Assembly: GCA_963803805.1 (NCBI GenBank)
Contig: CAWDOD010000002.1
Coordinates: 256,001 to 320,000 of the forward strand
Length of the DNA stretch: 64,000 nt
Source of the DNA: an uncultured cyanobacterium
Lineage (GTDB): Bacteria; Cyanobacteriota; Cyanobacteriia; Cyanobacteriales; CAWCAG01
Direction: 5' to 3'
Shown one piece after another: positions 1-10,511 of the stretch. The notes under the pieces were generated by a model that was not told the origin of the DNA, did not search any database, and saw only the letters and a program-made list of their open reading frames with translations. Position 1 is the stretch's first letter. Each line of letters starts with the position of its first letter. The position numbers and the translations under genes were made by a program.

Positions 1-80
1 TAATTAAACACAAAACGAACTTTTATGTAGGTTATTAACACTTCCCCCATCAAACAAACTGCATATTTAAAGATTACTAA

Positions 81-929
81 ATGACTGTTGCAACTTCAAA
101 TAAGCCCCCACTCAACTGGGTAATTATCACTTACATGGCTTCTATTCATCTAGTAGCTATGTTGGCATTCTTTCCTCGCTTTTTTAGCTGGAAAGCAGTT
201 GGTATCGCTATTTTATTCCACTGGATAACAGGAGGTTTAGGCATCACTCTGGGCTATCATCGCCTTGTTACTCACCGTAGCTTCCAAACTCCCAAATGGC
301 TAGAATATTTCCTCATTTTCTGCGGTACTTTATCTTGCCAGGGGGGTCCAATTGAATGGATTGGTATGCACCGTATTCACCATAAATATTCTGATACGGC
401 CCCAGATCCCCACAACTCTCACCGAGGTTTTTGGTGGAGTCACATGGATTGGATGCTTCACAACGCCCCAGCCAAAGAAGATATTCCTCGCTTTACTAAA
501 GATATTTATGATGACCCCGTTTATCGTTTCTTTGAAAACTATTTTATTCCTATCCAAATTGTTCTAGGATTAATTCTTTACACTTTAGGGGGTTGGTCTT
601 TTATTATTTGGGGCATTTTTGTTCGTTTAGTTGTGGTATTCCACTGTACTTGGTTTGTTAATAGCGCTACCCACAAATGGGGGTACCAAACCTACGAATC
701 TAACGATGAATCCCGTAATTGCTGGTGGGTAGCCTTAGTTACCTACGGTGAAGGTTGGCACAATAACCACCATGCCTATCAATCTTCTGCACGTCACGGC
801 TTGCGGTGGTGGGAAATTGATTTAACTTGGATGACTATTAAGCTATTCCAAATTCTCGGTTTAGCAACCAAAGTTAAATTGCCATCTCAAGGAAGTTTGA
901 ACTTGAAGACATCTAACGCCAGCCAATAG
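81..929 (+). CDS. desC: Delta-9 acyl-lipid (fatty acid) desaturase
   Basis: Three His boxes (HRLVTH, HRIHH, HNNHH) and GEGWHNNHH motif; hydrophobic segments. Confidence 0.93.
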   Translation: MTVATSNKPPLNWVIITYMASIHLVAMLAFFPRFFSWKAVGIAILFHWITGGLGITLGYHRLVTHRSFQTPKWLEYFLIFCGTLSCQGGPIEWIGMHRIHHKYSDTAPDPHNSHRGFWWSHMDWMLHNAPAKEDIPRFTKDIYDDPVYRFFENYFIPIQIVLGLILYTLGGWSFIIWGIFVRLVVVFHCTWFVNSATHKWGYQTYESNDESRNCWWVALVTYGEGWHNNHHAYQSSARHGLRWWEIDLTWMTIKLFQILGLATKVKLPSQGSLNLKTSNASQ

Positions 930-947
930 CCAGGTTTGAGTTTTTTT

Positions 948-2207
948 TCAGCCTTGAGCCACTTGTTTTAAAGTAGTTAAGGTTTCTAAGCCAATCAAAC
1001 CACGGCGATGTCCTCGTTGATTGGACATTCCTAAAAAAACAGCATTTCCTCCCTTGGGACGACGATAGAACCTGGGGGAGGAATTTATATATAATAGAGC
1101 GCTGTTAACTTTATCAGCAAATTGACGACTTTCTGGGTAAGATTGAGTTACCAAACAGTTAGCATGACCACTGCTATAGCGGTTTATCCAAGAAATTCCT
1201 TCATCCAAACTGGTCACTGTCTTAAAGGCAATACAGCGACGTAAATAAGCATTACCCCATTCTGAGGTAGCTGCCATCTTAAGCTGTTGAGGAAACCTCC
1301 TGGTTAACTCCTCATCGCCACGTAACTCAAAACCTGCCTTTTGCAAATTATCAAATAAACTCTGTAAAGCAGAAAAGTCTTGTTGAGGAGGGATAAGAAC
1401 TTTCTCAATAGCATTGACTGGATCTGGTTCACTTGCATGACTATCAAGGATAATCTCATAAACCACCTCTAATTCACTCTCCATAGACCAGTAGAGATAA
1501 CAATTACCCATCGCCGACTGTAAAACTGGCATGGTAGCCAGTTGGGTAACTTGCTGAACTAAACTAAAACGCCCGTAAGGGATGATTAAGTTAAGGTATT
1601 GGTCTAACTCTACCAAATCAGAAATAGAAGCCCCCTTGTCCGCAGGCAGAACTTCTAAACTTCCGTTGGGTAAACCAGCTTCTTCTATAGCTGAAAAAAG
1701 AGCTTTAGCGATCGCCACATTGGAATAACTAGCTTCACTACTACCTCGCAAAATCAAACTATTACCAGTTTTGAGAGCCATACCTGCGGCGATCGCACCC
1801 AATTCAGGAAATGCCTCATAAACAAAAGCAATAGTCCCTAAAGGTACTGGTTGGCAATAGGTTTGGAAAGGCTCTAGTTGATAAGGGGCGTTTCTTAACT
1901 TTTGGAGAGGGTCTGGTAACTCTTCTAGCCTACGCAAAATATCAATGGTACTGCGGAGTCTCTCCGGTGTCAGCCTTAACCAATCAATAATAATATTTGA
2001 TACTGCCATCTCTCGGCTTGTTTCTAGATCAAGGGTATTAGCTTCAAGAATTTCCTCAAACCCTTCTTCTATAGCTTGGGCCATACAACCCACTCCATAG
2101 CTGCGTTTCACCCCTTTAGTAGTTGCTAGCTTCAAAGATGCTTGGTAAGCGCTTTTAACTCCAGCAAGAGTCCGGTCTTGGGCTGCGTCATAGTCATCAA
2201 TTGCCAT
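948..2207 (-). CDS. Gamma-glutamyl phosphate reductase-like protein (cyanobacterial ProA paralogue, catalytic Cys absent)
   Basis: ALDH/ProA motifs (VPLGTIAFVYE, KTGNSLILRG, IIPYG, INRYSSGH); PDPVNAIEK where ProA has xxCNAxE. Confidence 0.8.
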   Translation of the reverse strand: MAIDDYDAAQDRTLAGVKSAYQASLKLATTKGVKRSYGVGCMAQAIEEGFEEILEANTLDLETSREMAVSNIIIDWLRLTPERLRSTIDILRRLEELPDPLQKLRNAPYQLEPFQTYCQPVPLGTIAFVYEAFPELGAIAAGMALKTGNSLILRGSSEASYSNVAIAKALFSAIEEAGLPNGSLEVLPADKGASISDLVELDQYLNLIIPYGRFSLVQQVTQLATMPVLQSAMGNCYLYWSMESELEVVYEIILDSHASEPDPVNAIEKVLIPPQQDFSALQSLFDNLQKAGFELRGDEELTRRFPQQLKMAATSEWGNAYLRRCIAFKTVTSLDEGISWINRYSSGHANCLVTQSYPESRQFADKVNSALLYINSSPRFYRRPKGGNAVFLGMSNQRGHRRGLIGLETLTTLKQVAQG

Positions 2208-2212
2208 TATTT

Positions 2213-2620
2213 TTAACGTCTATAAGCCAACCAAAATATTACTGTAAATAAGCTCAGTAATACTGCTAGAGGTAGAATAACTATTTTCAGTAATACATCC
2301 CAAGGTAGGGTGTGTAACCACCAGACTATCATCAAAAAAACAATGGTAAACAATCCCAAAATCATGGGTATGTAAAATTTCTTGAAGTTAGGACGAGTAG
2401 TAATCCAACGATGCCCTGTCCAACGCCAAGAGCGTTTGGAGGGATAGCCTGTTGATAATTGTTCTAATACTTTACCATTTTCTTCTACTACAAAAATTTG
2501 CTGACAGCGATCACAACCAAAAGCATCCGTAAGAGTAATTGGTAGCAGATGTCCCTTACGACGACAGGGGCAGGGATACTCAGTACTTAAGTCTATCTTC
2601 TGAGCTTTACGAGGTGGCAC
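2213..2620 (-). CDS. Conserved hypothetical membrane protein with N-terminal Cys (Zn-ribbon-like) motif
   Basis: CPC...CDRC followed by two C-terminal hydrophobic helices; 5-bp gap to the proA-like gene. Confidence 0.65.
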   Translation of the reverse strand: MPPRKAQKIDLSTEYPCPCRRKGHLLPITLTDAFGCDRCQQIFVVEENGKVLEQLSTGYPSKRSWRWTGHRWITTRPNFKKFYIPMILGLFTIVFLMIVWWLHTLPWDVLLKIVILPLAVLLSLFTVIFWLAYRR

Positions 2621-3132
2621 AGGCGCAGGGTTGAAAGAGTATTTTTTAAGATTTTCCTAAATCTATTATGAACAAACTGTTAAAGAAATGCAGATTTAAT
2701 TAATTTTAAGTATCTTGGCTCGCTGCGAATCAGAGCAAAATCAGCATCTATAGGTATTTTTTCCTGAAAAGAACTATTTGACAGAGCCGATTCTGATGAT
2801 GGTATCTCCTAAAAGGGATGGGAGAAATTTTCTCCTCTTGGGCATTCTTATAGATATAGAAGTTTAGTCTTGTGCTTCGGAATTATTTACCAGGATTTAC
2901 CGCAAACAGCAACTTTATTTGAGTGAAGTTGCTACTCAACAATCGAAGCTTCTCAAATTCACTTTCCTCATAGCTGATATAGCACTTTGGTAACTGAGTT
3001 GTTGCAACTTTAAGCATCTTAATAAATGCAAACCAGTTACTCCTATCAACCTGCCTTGTTAGCCGACTTTTAAATGATTTTCTCAGGGTGGATTACTTTG
3101 TTGTGCCGCAAAATACTCACCTTCGTTTGATA

Positions 3133-4737
3133 ATGCTAATTAAGACTTTTAAAACATTCACTCAGTTTTTAAAAACAACTGCTCTGTTTTCTATTTTAGG
3201 TTGTACGTTAATTTGCCTCCCAGCTTTAACTGAAGAAGAATCTGCAATAGATGTTTCCTCATTAGAAGAGGATTCAATATTAAATAATACTCCCATCATC
3301 CCAGCTTCAGAACTGTCCAATATTCAGCTTTGGGCATTGGAAGCTGTACAATCTTTAATTAAGCGTTATGGTTGCATCAGTAAAGATTCGGACAGCAATT
3401 TTCGTGGTGAAGAACCCCTTACTCGTTATGAATTTGCTGCTTTACTAACTTCGTGTCTTCAATACTTTGCTAACTCCACAGAAGAAACAATCGAAGTGAG
3501 TTCTGAGGATTGGACAGTAATCAAAAGATTGCAAGCAGACTTCGCTGAAGAATTACTATTTTTAGGTAATCGCTTAGATAATTTAGAGAATCGAGTTGCC
3601 CAAATAGAAGAAGAGCAATTTTCTACAACCACAACCTTAAGCGGTATCGCTATTTTTTCCCTGGAAGGAGTTAGCGGTGATCATAAAGCTGATAGCAACG
3701 AGCCTCTAGATGAAAGCATAACTTTTTCTAACTGGACTACTTTGTATCTCAATACCAGTTTCACAGGAAAAGATAACTTAAGAATTGGCATACTGGCAAG
3801 TAATGCCCCTGATTTAAGCCGCGCCACAGGGAGCAATTTTGCCACAAGAAGTTACTTTAGTAGTCCCGATAGTTCCCCCTTTATTTACCAGTTGTGGTAT
3901 TCTTTTCCCATCGGCGATCACATCATAGCTAAAATTGCTACGGCACACTCTACTATAGATAGTTTTAACGCTTTTTCTTCCCAACCCTATGGAGGAGATT
4001 CTTTCGCTTTAGCTAATAGTTTTAATCCCCTTATTTATTGGAATTTTGCTGCTTTTGGTGGACCGGGGGTTTCTGCTACTATTCGTTTTAATGATTCTAT
4101 TAGTTTAGATACTGGTTATTTTACTCCACACAGTGCTGCTAGCTCTCAAGCTGGACTGGGATTAATAGGTGGTTCTTATGCAACCGGGGGACAACTTAAT
4201 GTTAATTGGGGAAGCGATGTGGCCTTAGCTTTTAGCTATTTACATACCCATCAAAATAGTAAGACAGGTTATTATGACCTAGCCGGATTTACAGGTAACC
4301 TCGAAGCTTCAGACCCTTTTTCCTTACGAGCTAATTCTACTAACAATTTTAGCCTTCAAGGTAACTGGCGAGTAAGTCCTAGCTTTAATGTAGGTGGTTT
4401 TGTCGGTTATGCCCATGCCTATGCCGAAGGAGGAAACAAGGCTAGTGCTGATATTTGGAATTGGTCTGCTAATGTAGCTTTTCCCAATTTAGGAGGAGAA
4501 GGTAACTTGCTGCGTGTCGGTTTTGGTATGCCTCCTAAGATGACAGATTCTAGGGGTAATAGTATTGAAGTACCCACAACATCTGATACAGGCTACGTTT
4601 TAGATGCTGAGTATCGCTATCGAGTGAACCATAATCTTAATGTTACCTTTGGGGGCTATGCCCTCTTTAATCCTGAACACAACGCCGATAATAAGCCAAT
4701 TTATATATTTAGAATTCGCCCAATGTTCTTTTTTTAA
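3133..4737 (+). CDS. SLH-domain outer-membrane porin (cyanobacterial iron-uptake/OprB-type porin)
   Basis: Signal peptide from ATG 3133 (the ORF track starts at GTG 3088); SLH motif (WALEAVQSLIKRYGC...LTRYEFAA), coiled coil, QFSTTTTL, beta-barrel ending in Phe. Confidence 0.88.
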   Translation: MLIKTFKTFTQFLKTTALFSILGCTLICLPALTEEESAIDVSSLEEDSILNNTPIIPASELSNIQLWALEAVQSLIKRYGCISKDSDSNFRGEEPLTRYEFAALLTSCLQYFANSTEETIEVSSEDWTVIKRLQADFAEELLFLGNRLDNLENRVAQIEEEQFSTTTTLSGIAIFSLEGVSGDHKADSNEPLDESITFSNWTTLYLNTSFTGKDNLRIGILASNAPDLSRATGSNFATRSYFSSPDSSPFIYQLWYSFPIGDHIIAKIATAHSTIDSFNAFSSQPYGGDSFALANSFNPLIYWNFAAFGGPGVSATIRFNDSISLDTGYFTPHSAASSQAGLGLIGGSYATGGQLNVNWGSDVALAFSYLHTHQNSKTGYYDLAGFTGNLEASDPFSLRANSTNNFSLQGNWRVSPSFNVGGFVGYAHAYAEGGNKASADIWNWSANVAFPNLGGEGNLLRVGFGMPPKMTDSRGNSIEVPTTSDTGYVLDAEYRYRVNHNLNVTFGGYALFNPEHNADNKPIYIFRIRPMFFF

Positions 4738-5391
4738 TTTTTCCTTCTTTTCTTATGCTGTTATCATTTGAGCAAATGTAGATTTCAAGAAAGTTTCTCC
4801 CTAAAGAGAGAAAATGATGCTAGTTCTTTATAAATGATTGGGAATTGCTATAGTGTCACAAGAGGGATAATTAATTTAGAAATTAATAATAATTTTTAAA
4901 TCAACAACTATCAAGCCAAGTATGTAAGTGACGGAAGATCACAGAAAAGTATGAGCTAAATACCAGACAAATTTTGCCAAATCTAGTAACCTCATTTACG
5001 TCAAACTTAAAATATTGTTCTCTTTTTTAAGTAAATTATTTGACCGCTTAATCTTGTTGAGCTACAGGATACATTGGTCAACCAAGACAAACTAAAATAC
5101 AAATTTAATGAGCTAAAGAAGATACACCGTCTTTGTGGCTAGACTTAGGCTCATCTAGGCTTCAAAGCAAATTCGCTATCATAAAATTCATCCCAGCTAT
5201 ATCCTGAAATATAGCAAATTGGTAAGTAAAGGTTAATAAGTTAAGCTCAAGTAAAAGCCCATTGTATTCTAATATCTATCTATAGTTATATTCCTAAAAT
5301 CAAATACCCCGTTAATACAGTTCAACTTTGTTAGTTTTCGTCAAGGCCTTCTTCTAAGACTTCATCATAAAAAAATCTTTCATAAACATTC

Positions 5392-6315
5392 ATGTCTAGC
5401 CTAAAAGATCAATTCAAAATCCAATTTTGGGGAGTTAGGGGAAGTATTCCTTGCCCTGGGCCGGAGACTGTCCACTATGGAGGTAACACTCCTTGCCTTG
5501 ATATGGTAGTTAACGGAGAACATTTGATTTTTGATGGCGGTACGGGTTTACGAGTATTAGGACAGTCTTTACTACCCCAGCGTAACCTAGAAGGCTATAT
5601 GTTTTTCACCCATTCCCATTGGGACCATATCCAGGGTTTTCCTTTCTTTGTTCCTGCCTTTGTACCCGGCAATATGTTCCATATTTATGGTGCAGTTGCC
5701 CCTAATGGAGAAACCGTAGAACAACGCCTCCATAACCAGATGCTTCACCCCAATTTTCCTGTGCCTTTGCGAGTAATGCAAGCTAACTTGAAATTTTACG
5801 ATCTAGAGATTGGCGACAAAATTAGCATAGGAGACATTGTAGTCGAAAATGGTAGACTCAATCACCCAGGAGAAGCCATTGGCTATCGAGTCACCTGGCA
5901 AGGAAAAACTGCAGCTTATGTTAGCGATACAGAACATTTCCCCGAAGGATTAGATAAAAATGTTCTTCATCTCGCTCATAAAGCAGATGTCTTGATTATT
6001 GATGCTACTTACACCGATGAAGAGTACTACAGCGAAAAGTCTAGTAAAGTTGGTTGGGGACATTCAACTTGGCAAGAAGCAGTCAAAATAGCTAAAGCGG
6101 CTGAAGTTAAGCAACTGGTCATTTTCCATCACGATCCTCTCCACAACGATGATTTCTTAAATGAAGTTGGTAAACAAGCGGCTGCTGAATTTCCCAACAC
6201 AATTTTGGCTAGGGAAGGTATGTATATAGAATTAATGGAAGCTGACTTTCCCACAGTTTATCAACCTGAAATTTTAAAAGTAGAGGAACTCAACGCAAAA
6301 TATGTCAAAATGTAA
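5392..6315 (+). CDS. MBL-fold metallo-hydrolase (phosphodiesterase/RNase Z-like)
   Basis: FWGVRGSIP, THSHWDH, GHS and FHHDP motifs. Confidence 0.88.
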   Translation: MSSLKDQFKIQFWGVRGSIPCPGPETVHYGGNTPCLDMVVNGEHLIFDGGTGLRVLGQSLLPQRNLEGYMFFTHSHWDHIQGFPFFVPAFVPGNMFHIYGAVAPNGETVEQRLHNQMLHPNFPVPLRVMQANLKFYDLEIGDKISIGDIVVENGRLNHPGEAIGYRVTWQGKTAAYVSDTEHFPEGLDKNVLHLAHKADVLIIDATYTDEEYYSEKSSKVGWGHSTWQEAVKIAKAAEVKQLVIFHHDPLHNDDFLNEVGKQAAAEFPNTILAREGMYIELMEADFPTVYQPEILKVEELNAKYVKM

Positions 6316-6318
6316 AGC

Positions 6319-7251
6319 GTGTGGTTAACATCATCTACAGACCAAGTACTAACACCAACTGCAATCGCCCTTGGTAACTTTGACGGCATTCATCGAGGGC
6401 ATATTCAAGTTGTCAAACTAGTTTTGGCTTCAGATATCCCTGGGCAAACTATTCCTACCGTAGTTACTTTTGATCCCCACCCTAGAGAGTTCTTTTCTGG
6501 TCAAAGCCGCAAACTGTTAACTCCAGGGGAGGAAAGAGTGCAACAGCTAGAACATTTAGGGGTACAACAGTTAGTTTTATTACCTTTTAACCATCAGCTA
6601 GCTTCTTTGACCCCCCAAGAATTTATTACAGAAATCTTAGTTAAAAAACTGCAAGTAACCTATATTAGTGTAGGAAAAGACTTTCACTTTGGTCGCAACA
6701 GAAAGGGAACCACAGCAGACTTAAAAGCGATCGCTACACCTTTAGGTATTGAAGTTGCTATTGCTTCACTGCACAATTGTACTGGGAATGGATACAGTGA
6801 TCAACCTATACGCATTAGCAGTTCTCTCATTCGCCAGGCTTTAAGCGAAGGTAAAATTCCCCAAGCCAATTACTTACTTGGTCGTCCTTACACCCTAATT
6901 GGGAAAGTAGTTGTAGGGCAAAAATTGGGTAGAACGATTGGTTTTCCCACCGCCAATCTAAAACTACCAGAAAACAAGTTTTTACCCCGCCAAGGAGTTT
7001 ATAGCGTCCAAGTAACCCTTGCTGATCATTCTTCTCTACCTGGAGTGATGAATTTAGGTTGTCGTCCCACCATTGATGGCAAGTCTACAGCTATAGAAGT
7101 TTACTTATTAGATTGGTCAGGGGATTTATATGGTCAGACCTTAACTGTTAGTCTAAAAAGATTTTTGCGTTCAGAACAAAAATTTCCTTCTCTAGATGCG
7201 TTGAAACAACAAATCGCTTGGGACTGCCAGAGAGTTAGGATAGAGAGTTAA
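6319..7251 (+). CDS. ribF: Bifunctional riboflavin kinase/FAD synthetase
   Basis: ALGNFDGIHRGH, ISSSLIR, GRTIGFPTAN motifs. Confidence 0.95.
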   Translation: MWLTSSTDQVLTPTAIALGNFDGIHRGHIQVVKLVLASDIPGQTIPTVVTFDPHPREFFSGQSRKLLTPGEERVQQLEHLGVQQLVLLPFNHQLASLTPQEFITEILVKKLQVTYISVGKDFHFGRNRKGTTADLKAIATPLGIEVAIASLHNCTGNGYSDQPIRISSSLIRQALSEGKIPQANYLLGRPYTLIGKVVVGQKLGRTIGFPTANLKLPENKFLPRQGVYSVQVTLADHSSLPGVMNLGCRPTIDGKSTAIEVYLLDWSGDLYGQTLTVSLKRFLRSEQKFPSLDALKQQIAWDCQRVRIES

Positions 7252-7269
7252 GCTAAAGAAAATAATTTT

Positions 7270-7665
7270 ATGACTAAAAAAATAATTATCACTGATAAAG
7301 CACCTACACCTGTTGGTCCTTACAATCAAGCGATCGCCGCTATAGGTCAAATGGTCTTCGTAGCTGGTCAAATTCCTTTAGATCCAGAAAGTAGTGAGAT
7401 TATTGGTGTAGGAGATATCGCCATGCAAACTGAACGGGTAATGGAGAATTTACAAGCCATACTTCAAGCTGCTGGAGCGAGTTGGGAAGATGTGGTAAAA
7501 ACCACGGTTTACCTCTCAGACCTACAGCATTTCACCACCATGAACCAAGTCTACTCCCAATACTTTCAAGAGTCCACTGCTCCAGCTAGAGCAACGGTTG
7601 AAGTAGCACGCTTGCCAAAAGATGTATTGGTAGAAATAGATTGTATTGCTGTTGTAAGTAACTAA
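7270..7665 (+). CDS. ridA: RidA/YjgF family reactive-intermediate deaminase
   Basis: [32 protein letters not shown] motifs. Confidence 0.92.
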   Translation: MTKKIIITDKAPTPVGPYNQAIAAIGQMVFVAGQIPLDPESSEIIGVGDIAMQTERVMENLQAILQAAGASWEDVVKTTVYLSDLQHFTTMNQVYSQYFQESTAPARATVEVARLPKDVLVEIDCIAVVSN

Positions 7666-7823
7666 ATATAAAACCCTTGTAATTTAAAATTGGCGCTCTT
7701 CTCCAACTCTCATTTATTAACAAATGTAACAATAATACCGTCATAGCGTCTTGCCATCTTGACAGCCTTGGAAAAACCACCTATTCTGTATTCTCATACC
7801 CGGGTAGAACGATTGAGAGCGAT

Positions 7824-8174
7824 ATGCCAGATAAGCAAAAAGTAACATTATATCTTCCCCCAGGACTCCATCGTCAACTCAAAATTCGAGCTGCAGTTGA
7901 CATTGATTCAATGTCATCAATGATGGAAAAGGCAATCGTCTTCTATTTAGAACATCCCCAAGTAGTTGAAGAGGTTGAGTCCTTCAGAGGCAAAACCCAT
8001 CAAATTCACGCTTGTCCTGAATGTAACAGCTCTTTGGTGATGCGAGATGGAGAGATGGTTTCTTTGAATAATCAGCCTGGAGTACTGGTTGAGGAAAGCC
8101 CGGTAGAAAAAGTACCAGAACAAGTTAGTTGTAGTACTGATTCTCAAGGAGAGGAAGAACTGGTTCCTTGCTAA
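7824..8174 (+). CDS. Conserved hypothetical protein (ribbon-helix-helix-like N-terminus, CPEC motif), first gene of the ycf46 operon
   Basis: KQKVTLYLPPGLHRQLKIRAA RHH-like pattern; position upstream of the ycf46-like ATPase. Confidence 0.7.
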   Translation: MPDKQKVTLYLPPGLHRQLKIRAAVDIDSMSSMMEKAIVFYLEHPQVVEEVESFRGKTHQIHACPECNSSLVMRDGEMVSLNNQPGVLVEESPVEKVPEQVSCSTDSQGEEELVPC

Positions 8175-8236
8175 GGAGGGTTGGGGCTTACAGGCCTCAA
8201 GACTACAGTGGTTGCACCGTATAAATTTCTAGGTCG

Positions 8237-9754
8237 ATGGTTATGCAAGAAGAGCTAAATATTCTAATTCAAGCTCAATACCCCCTCATTTATCTCGTCA
8301 CTCCTGAAGAGGAGCGAGCTGAGCAAGCGATTAATAAAATTGCTCAGATGAGAACTCAACATCGGCGCGTCTTTATCTGGACGGTCACCCACGGTATTGT
8401 TGAGTATGGCAAGCCCCGCAATGTTACCCAACACAATACTGTTTCACCCGAAGCAGCAGTTGAATGGGTAGTTAGGCAAAAAGAACCAGGGATTTTTATC
8501 TTTAAAGACCTGCATCCTTTTATTGACGCTCCAGCCACAACCCGGTGGTTACGAGATGCGATCGCTAGTTTCAAAGGTACAGAAAAAATCATTATTCTTA
8601 TGTCTCCTGTTCAGGAGATTCCCATTGAACTAGAAAAGGAAGTAGTTGTTCTTGATTATCCCTTACCGGATTTGAGTGAACTTAATCAAGTCCTCAACCA
8701 ACAGCTAGAAAAAACCAAAAATCGTCGTACTACAACGGAAGTAAGGGAAAAGCTGCTGAAAGCAGCACTAGGACTAACACGAGATGAAGCGGAAAAAGTT
8801 TACCGTAAAGCTTGTGTTACAGCCGGAAAACTTACTGAAGAAGAAGTAGAAGTCATTCTCTCTGAGAAAAAGCAAATCATCCGACGTAATGGCATCTTGG
8901 AATATATGGAAGAAGATGAAACCATTGATTCTGTTGGGGGCTTAGAAGAGTTGAAGAAGTGGCTGAAGCAGCGCTCTAATGCCTTTACTGAAAGAGCAAG
9001 GGAGTACGGTTTGCCTCAACCTAAAGGAATGCTAATTCTTGGTGTACCTGGTTGTGGTAAGTCTCTAATTGCTAAAACCACCTCTCGTCTTTGGGGCTTA
9101 CCTCTGTTACGCCTGGATATGGGGCGCGTCTATGATGGGTCAATGGTAGGTCGTTCGGAAGCTAACTTACGCAATGCCCTTAAAACAGCCGAATCGATTT
9201 CTCCAGCAATTCTGTTTATTGATGAATTAGATAAATCCTTTGCTGGTGGTACAGGCTCTTCTGACTCTGATGGTGGTACATCCAGCCGTATTTTTGGTTC
9301 TTTCCTGACTTGGATGCAAGAAAAGACTTCTCCTGTCTTTGTGATGGCAACAGCCAACCGTATTGAGCGCTTACCAGGGGAATTCTTACGCAAAGGTCGC
9401 TTTGATGAAATTTTCTTCGTCGATCTGCCCAATGCAGAAGAGCGTATCGCTATATTTAAAATTCACCTGAGCAAACGTCGCCGAGATATAAACCGTTTCG
9501 ATCTCGAACAATTAGCTAAGGTTTCTGAAGGTTTTTCTGGAGCAGAAATAGAGCAAGGGCTTATAGCTGCGATGTATGAAGCATTCGCTCAAGATCGCGA
9601 ATTCACCCAGCTAGATATCATCGCCACGATTAAAGCAACCTTGCCTCTGTCTCGCACAATGACTGAGCAGGTCACGGCCCTACGGGATTGGGCTAGACAA
9701 AGAGCGCGGCCTGCAGCAGCCTCCGTAGCTGAATATCAGCGTATGGAGTTTTAA
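8237..9754 (+). CDS. ycf46: Ycf46-family AAA+ ATPase
   Basis: Walker A GVPGCGKS, Walker B ILFIDE, SRH LRKGRFDE; Ycf46-type N-terminal domain. Confidence 0.9.
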   Translation: MVMQEELNILIQAQYPLIYLVTPEEERAEQAINKIAQMRTQHRRVFIWTVTHGIVEYGKPRNVTQHNTVSPEAAVEWVVRQKEPGIFIFKDLHPFIDAPATTRWLRDAIASFKGTEKIIILMSPVQEIPIELEKEVVVLDYPLPDLSELNQVLNQQLEKTKNRRTTTEVREKLLKAALGLTRDEAEKVYRKACVTAGKLTEEEVEVILSEKKQIIRRNGILEYMEEDETIDSVGGLEELKKWLKQRSNAFTERAREYGLPQPKGMLILGVPGCGKSLIAKTTSRLWGLPLLRLDMGRVYDGSMVGRSEANLRNALKTAESISPAILFIDELDKSFAGGTGSSDSDGGTSSRIFGSFLTWMQEKTSPVFVMATANRIERLPGEFLRKGRFDEIFFVDLPNAEERIAIFKIHLSKRRRDINRFDLEQLAKVSEGFSGAEIEQGLIAAMYEAFAQDREFTQLDIIATIKATLPLSRTMTEQVTALRDWARQRARPAAASVAEYQRMEF

Positions 9755-9901
9755 AAGGCTTTCTCCTGCTTCCCAACAGGAGCGAAGGCTAGCGTAAGAA
9801 ACGCTAGCAGTTTAGAAAGACCGCCCCTTATTCTATTAAGTCAGGCGGCATCCATAAAAAACCCTAACATCGTCGTTTAATTCCCTTTAGGAGGAAATCC
9901 C

Positions 9902-10255
9902 ATGTCCCACTTTAGCACTCTGCGTACCAAAATTACTGAAGCTGAAATCCTTAAGACTTCTCTACGTGATTTAGGTATCAGCACTAAGACCGAAGCTGAT
10001 GTTCGCGGCTACAACGGTCAGCGCCTTCGTGCTGATATTGTTGCAGTCCTCGAAGGCGAGTATGATCTTGGTTGGTCACGTAACAGCGATGGCACCTTCG
10101 ATTTAATCGCTGATCTCTGGGGTGTTGCGAAAAAGCATAACCAAACCGAATTGATCAACTCCATCAATCAAAAGTATGCTGTTAACAAAACTTTAAATGA
10201 AGTTAAGCAGCGCGGTCTGCAAAACGCTAACGTTAAGTTAGTTGTTCAAAAATAG
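9902..10255 (+). CDS. ycf35: DUF1257 (Ycf35-like) protein
   Basis: MSHFSTLRT start, FDLIADLW, QKYA motifs; strong SD AGGAGG upstream. Confidence 0.85.
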   Translation: MSHFSTLRTKITEAEILKTSLRDLGISTKTEADVRGYNGQRLRADIVAVLEGEYDLGWSRNSDGTFDLIADLWGVAKKHNQTELINSINQKYAVNKTLNEVKQRGLQNANVKLVVQK

Positions 10256-10281
10256 AACTTGAAGTGCGTTCCCAAGCTGAC

Positions 10282-10314
10282 GGGTTGAGCCAATTCTTTG
10301 CTTAACCCTTTTTT
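10282..10314 (+). terminator. Rho-independent terminator after ycf35
   Basis: GGGTTGAGC...GCTTAACCC hairpin followed by a T run; boundaries approximate. Confidence 0.6.
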
Positions 10315-10511
10315 ATTGATAATAGTCAGAGAAACCCAGGTAGCTAAAAGCTACTTGGGTTTTACTTTTTGGACAAGACTCTAAGGTGAGAGGATCTTAT
10401 AGTCAAAATAGGTTAATATGAAAATAATTTACATAAATTAACTTAGTTTGTTAACTTAGATTAATTTTTGTAAGCTAAAATTGCAAAATCTACTTAAACA
10501 AGATTTTAATT

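Noticed and set aside
330-567. Short overlapping ORFs (330-557 minus, 352-567 plus) and similar shadow ORFs throughout the track
   Set aside because: They lie antisense or out of frame within well-supported genes and have no motifs
2621-3132. Fur box or riboswitch upstream of the porin
   Set aside because: Only weak AT-rich partial matches; no convincing consensus
4738-5391. Long intergenic region as a hidden gene or sRNA
   Set aside because: AT-rich, with no ORF of 60 aa or more and no convincing structure; cannot be supported from sequence alone
7724-7800. GTA...TAC motifs upstream of the ycf46 operon as NtcA boxes
   Set aside because: Spacers are 7 and 6 nt rather than the canonical 8
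9757-9848. Hammerhead ribozyme or glutamine riboswitch identity for the three-way junction
   Set aside because: Lacks the CUGANGA/GAAA core and the recognisable glnA-motif consensus; kept only as an unassigned structure
10425-10460. RpaB/HLR1 site upstream of ocp
   Set aside because: Only one good half-site (TTTACATA); the second half is too degenerate
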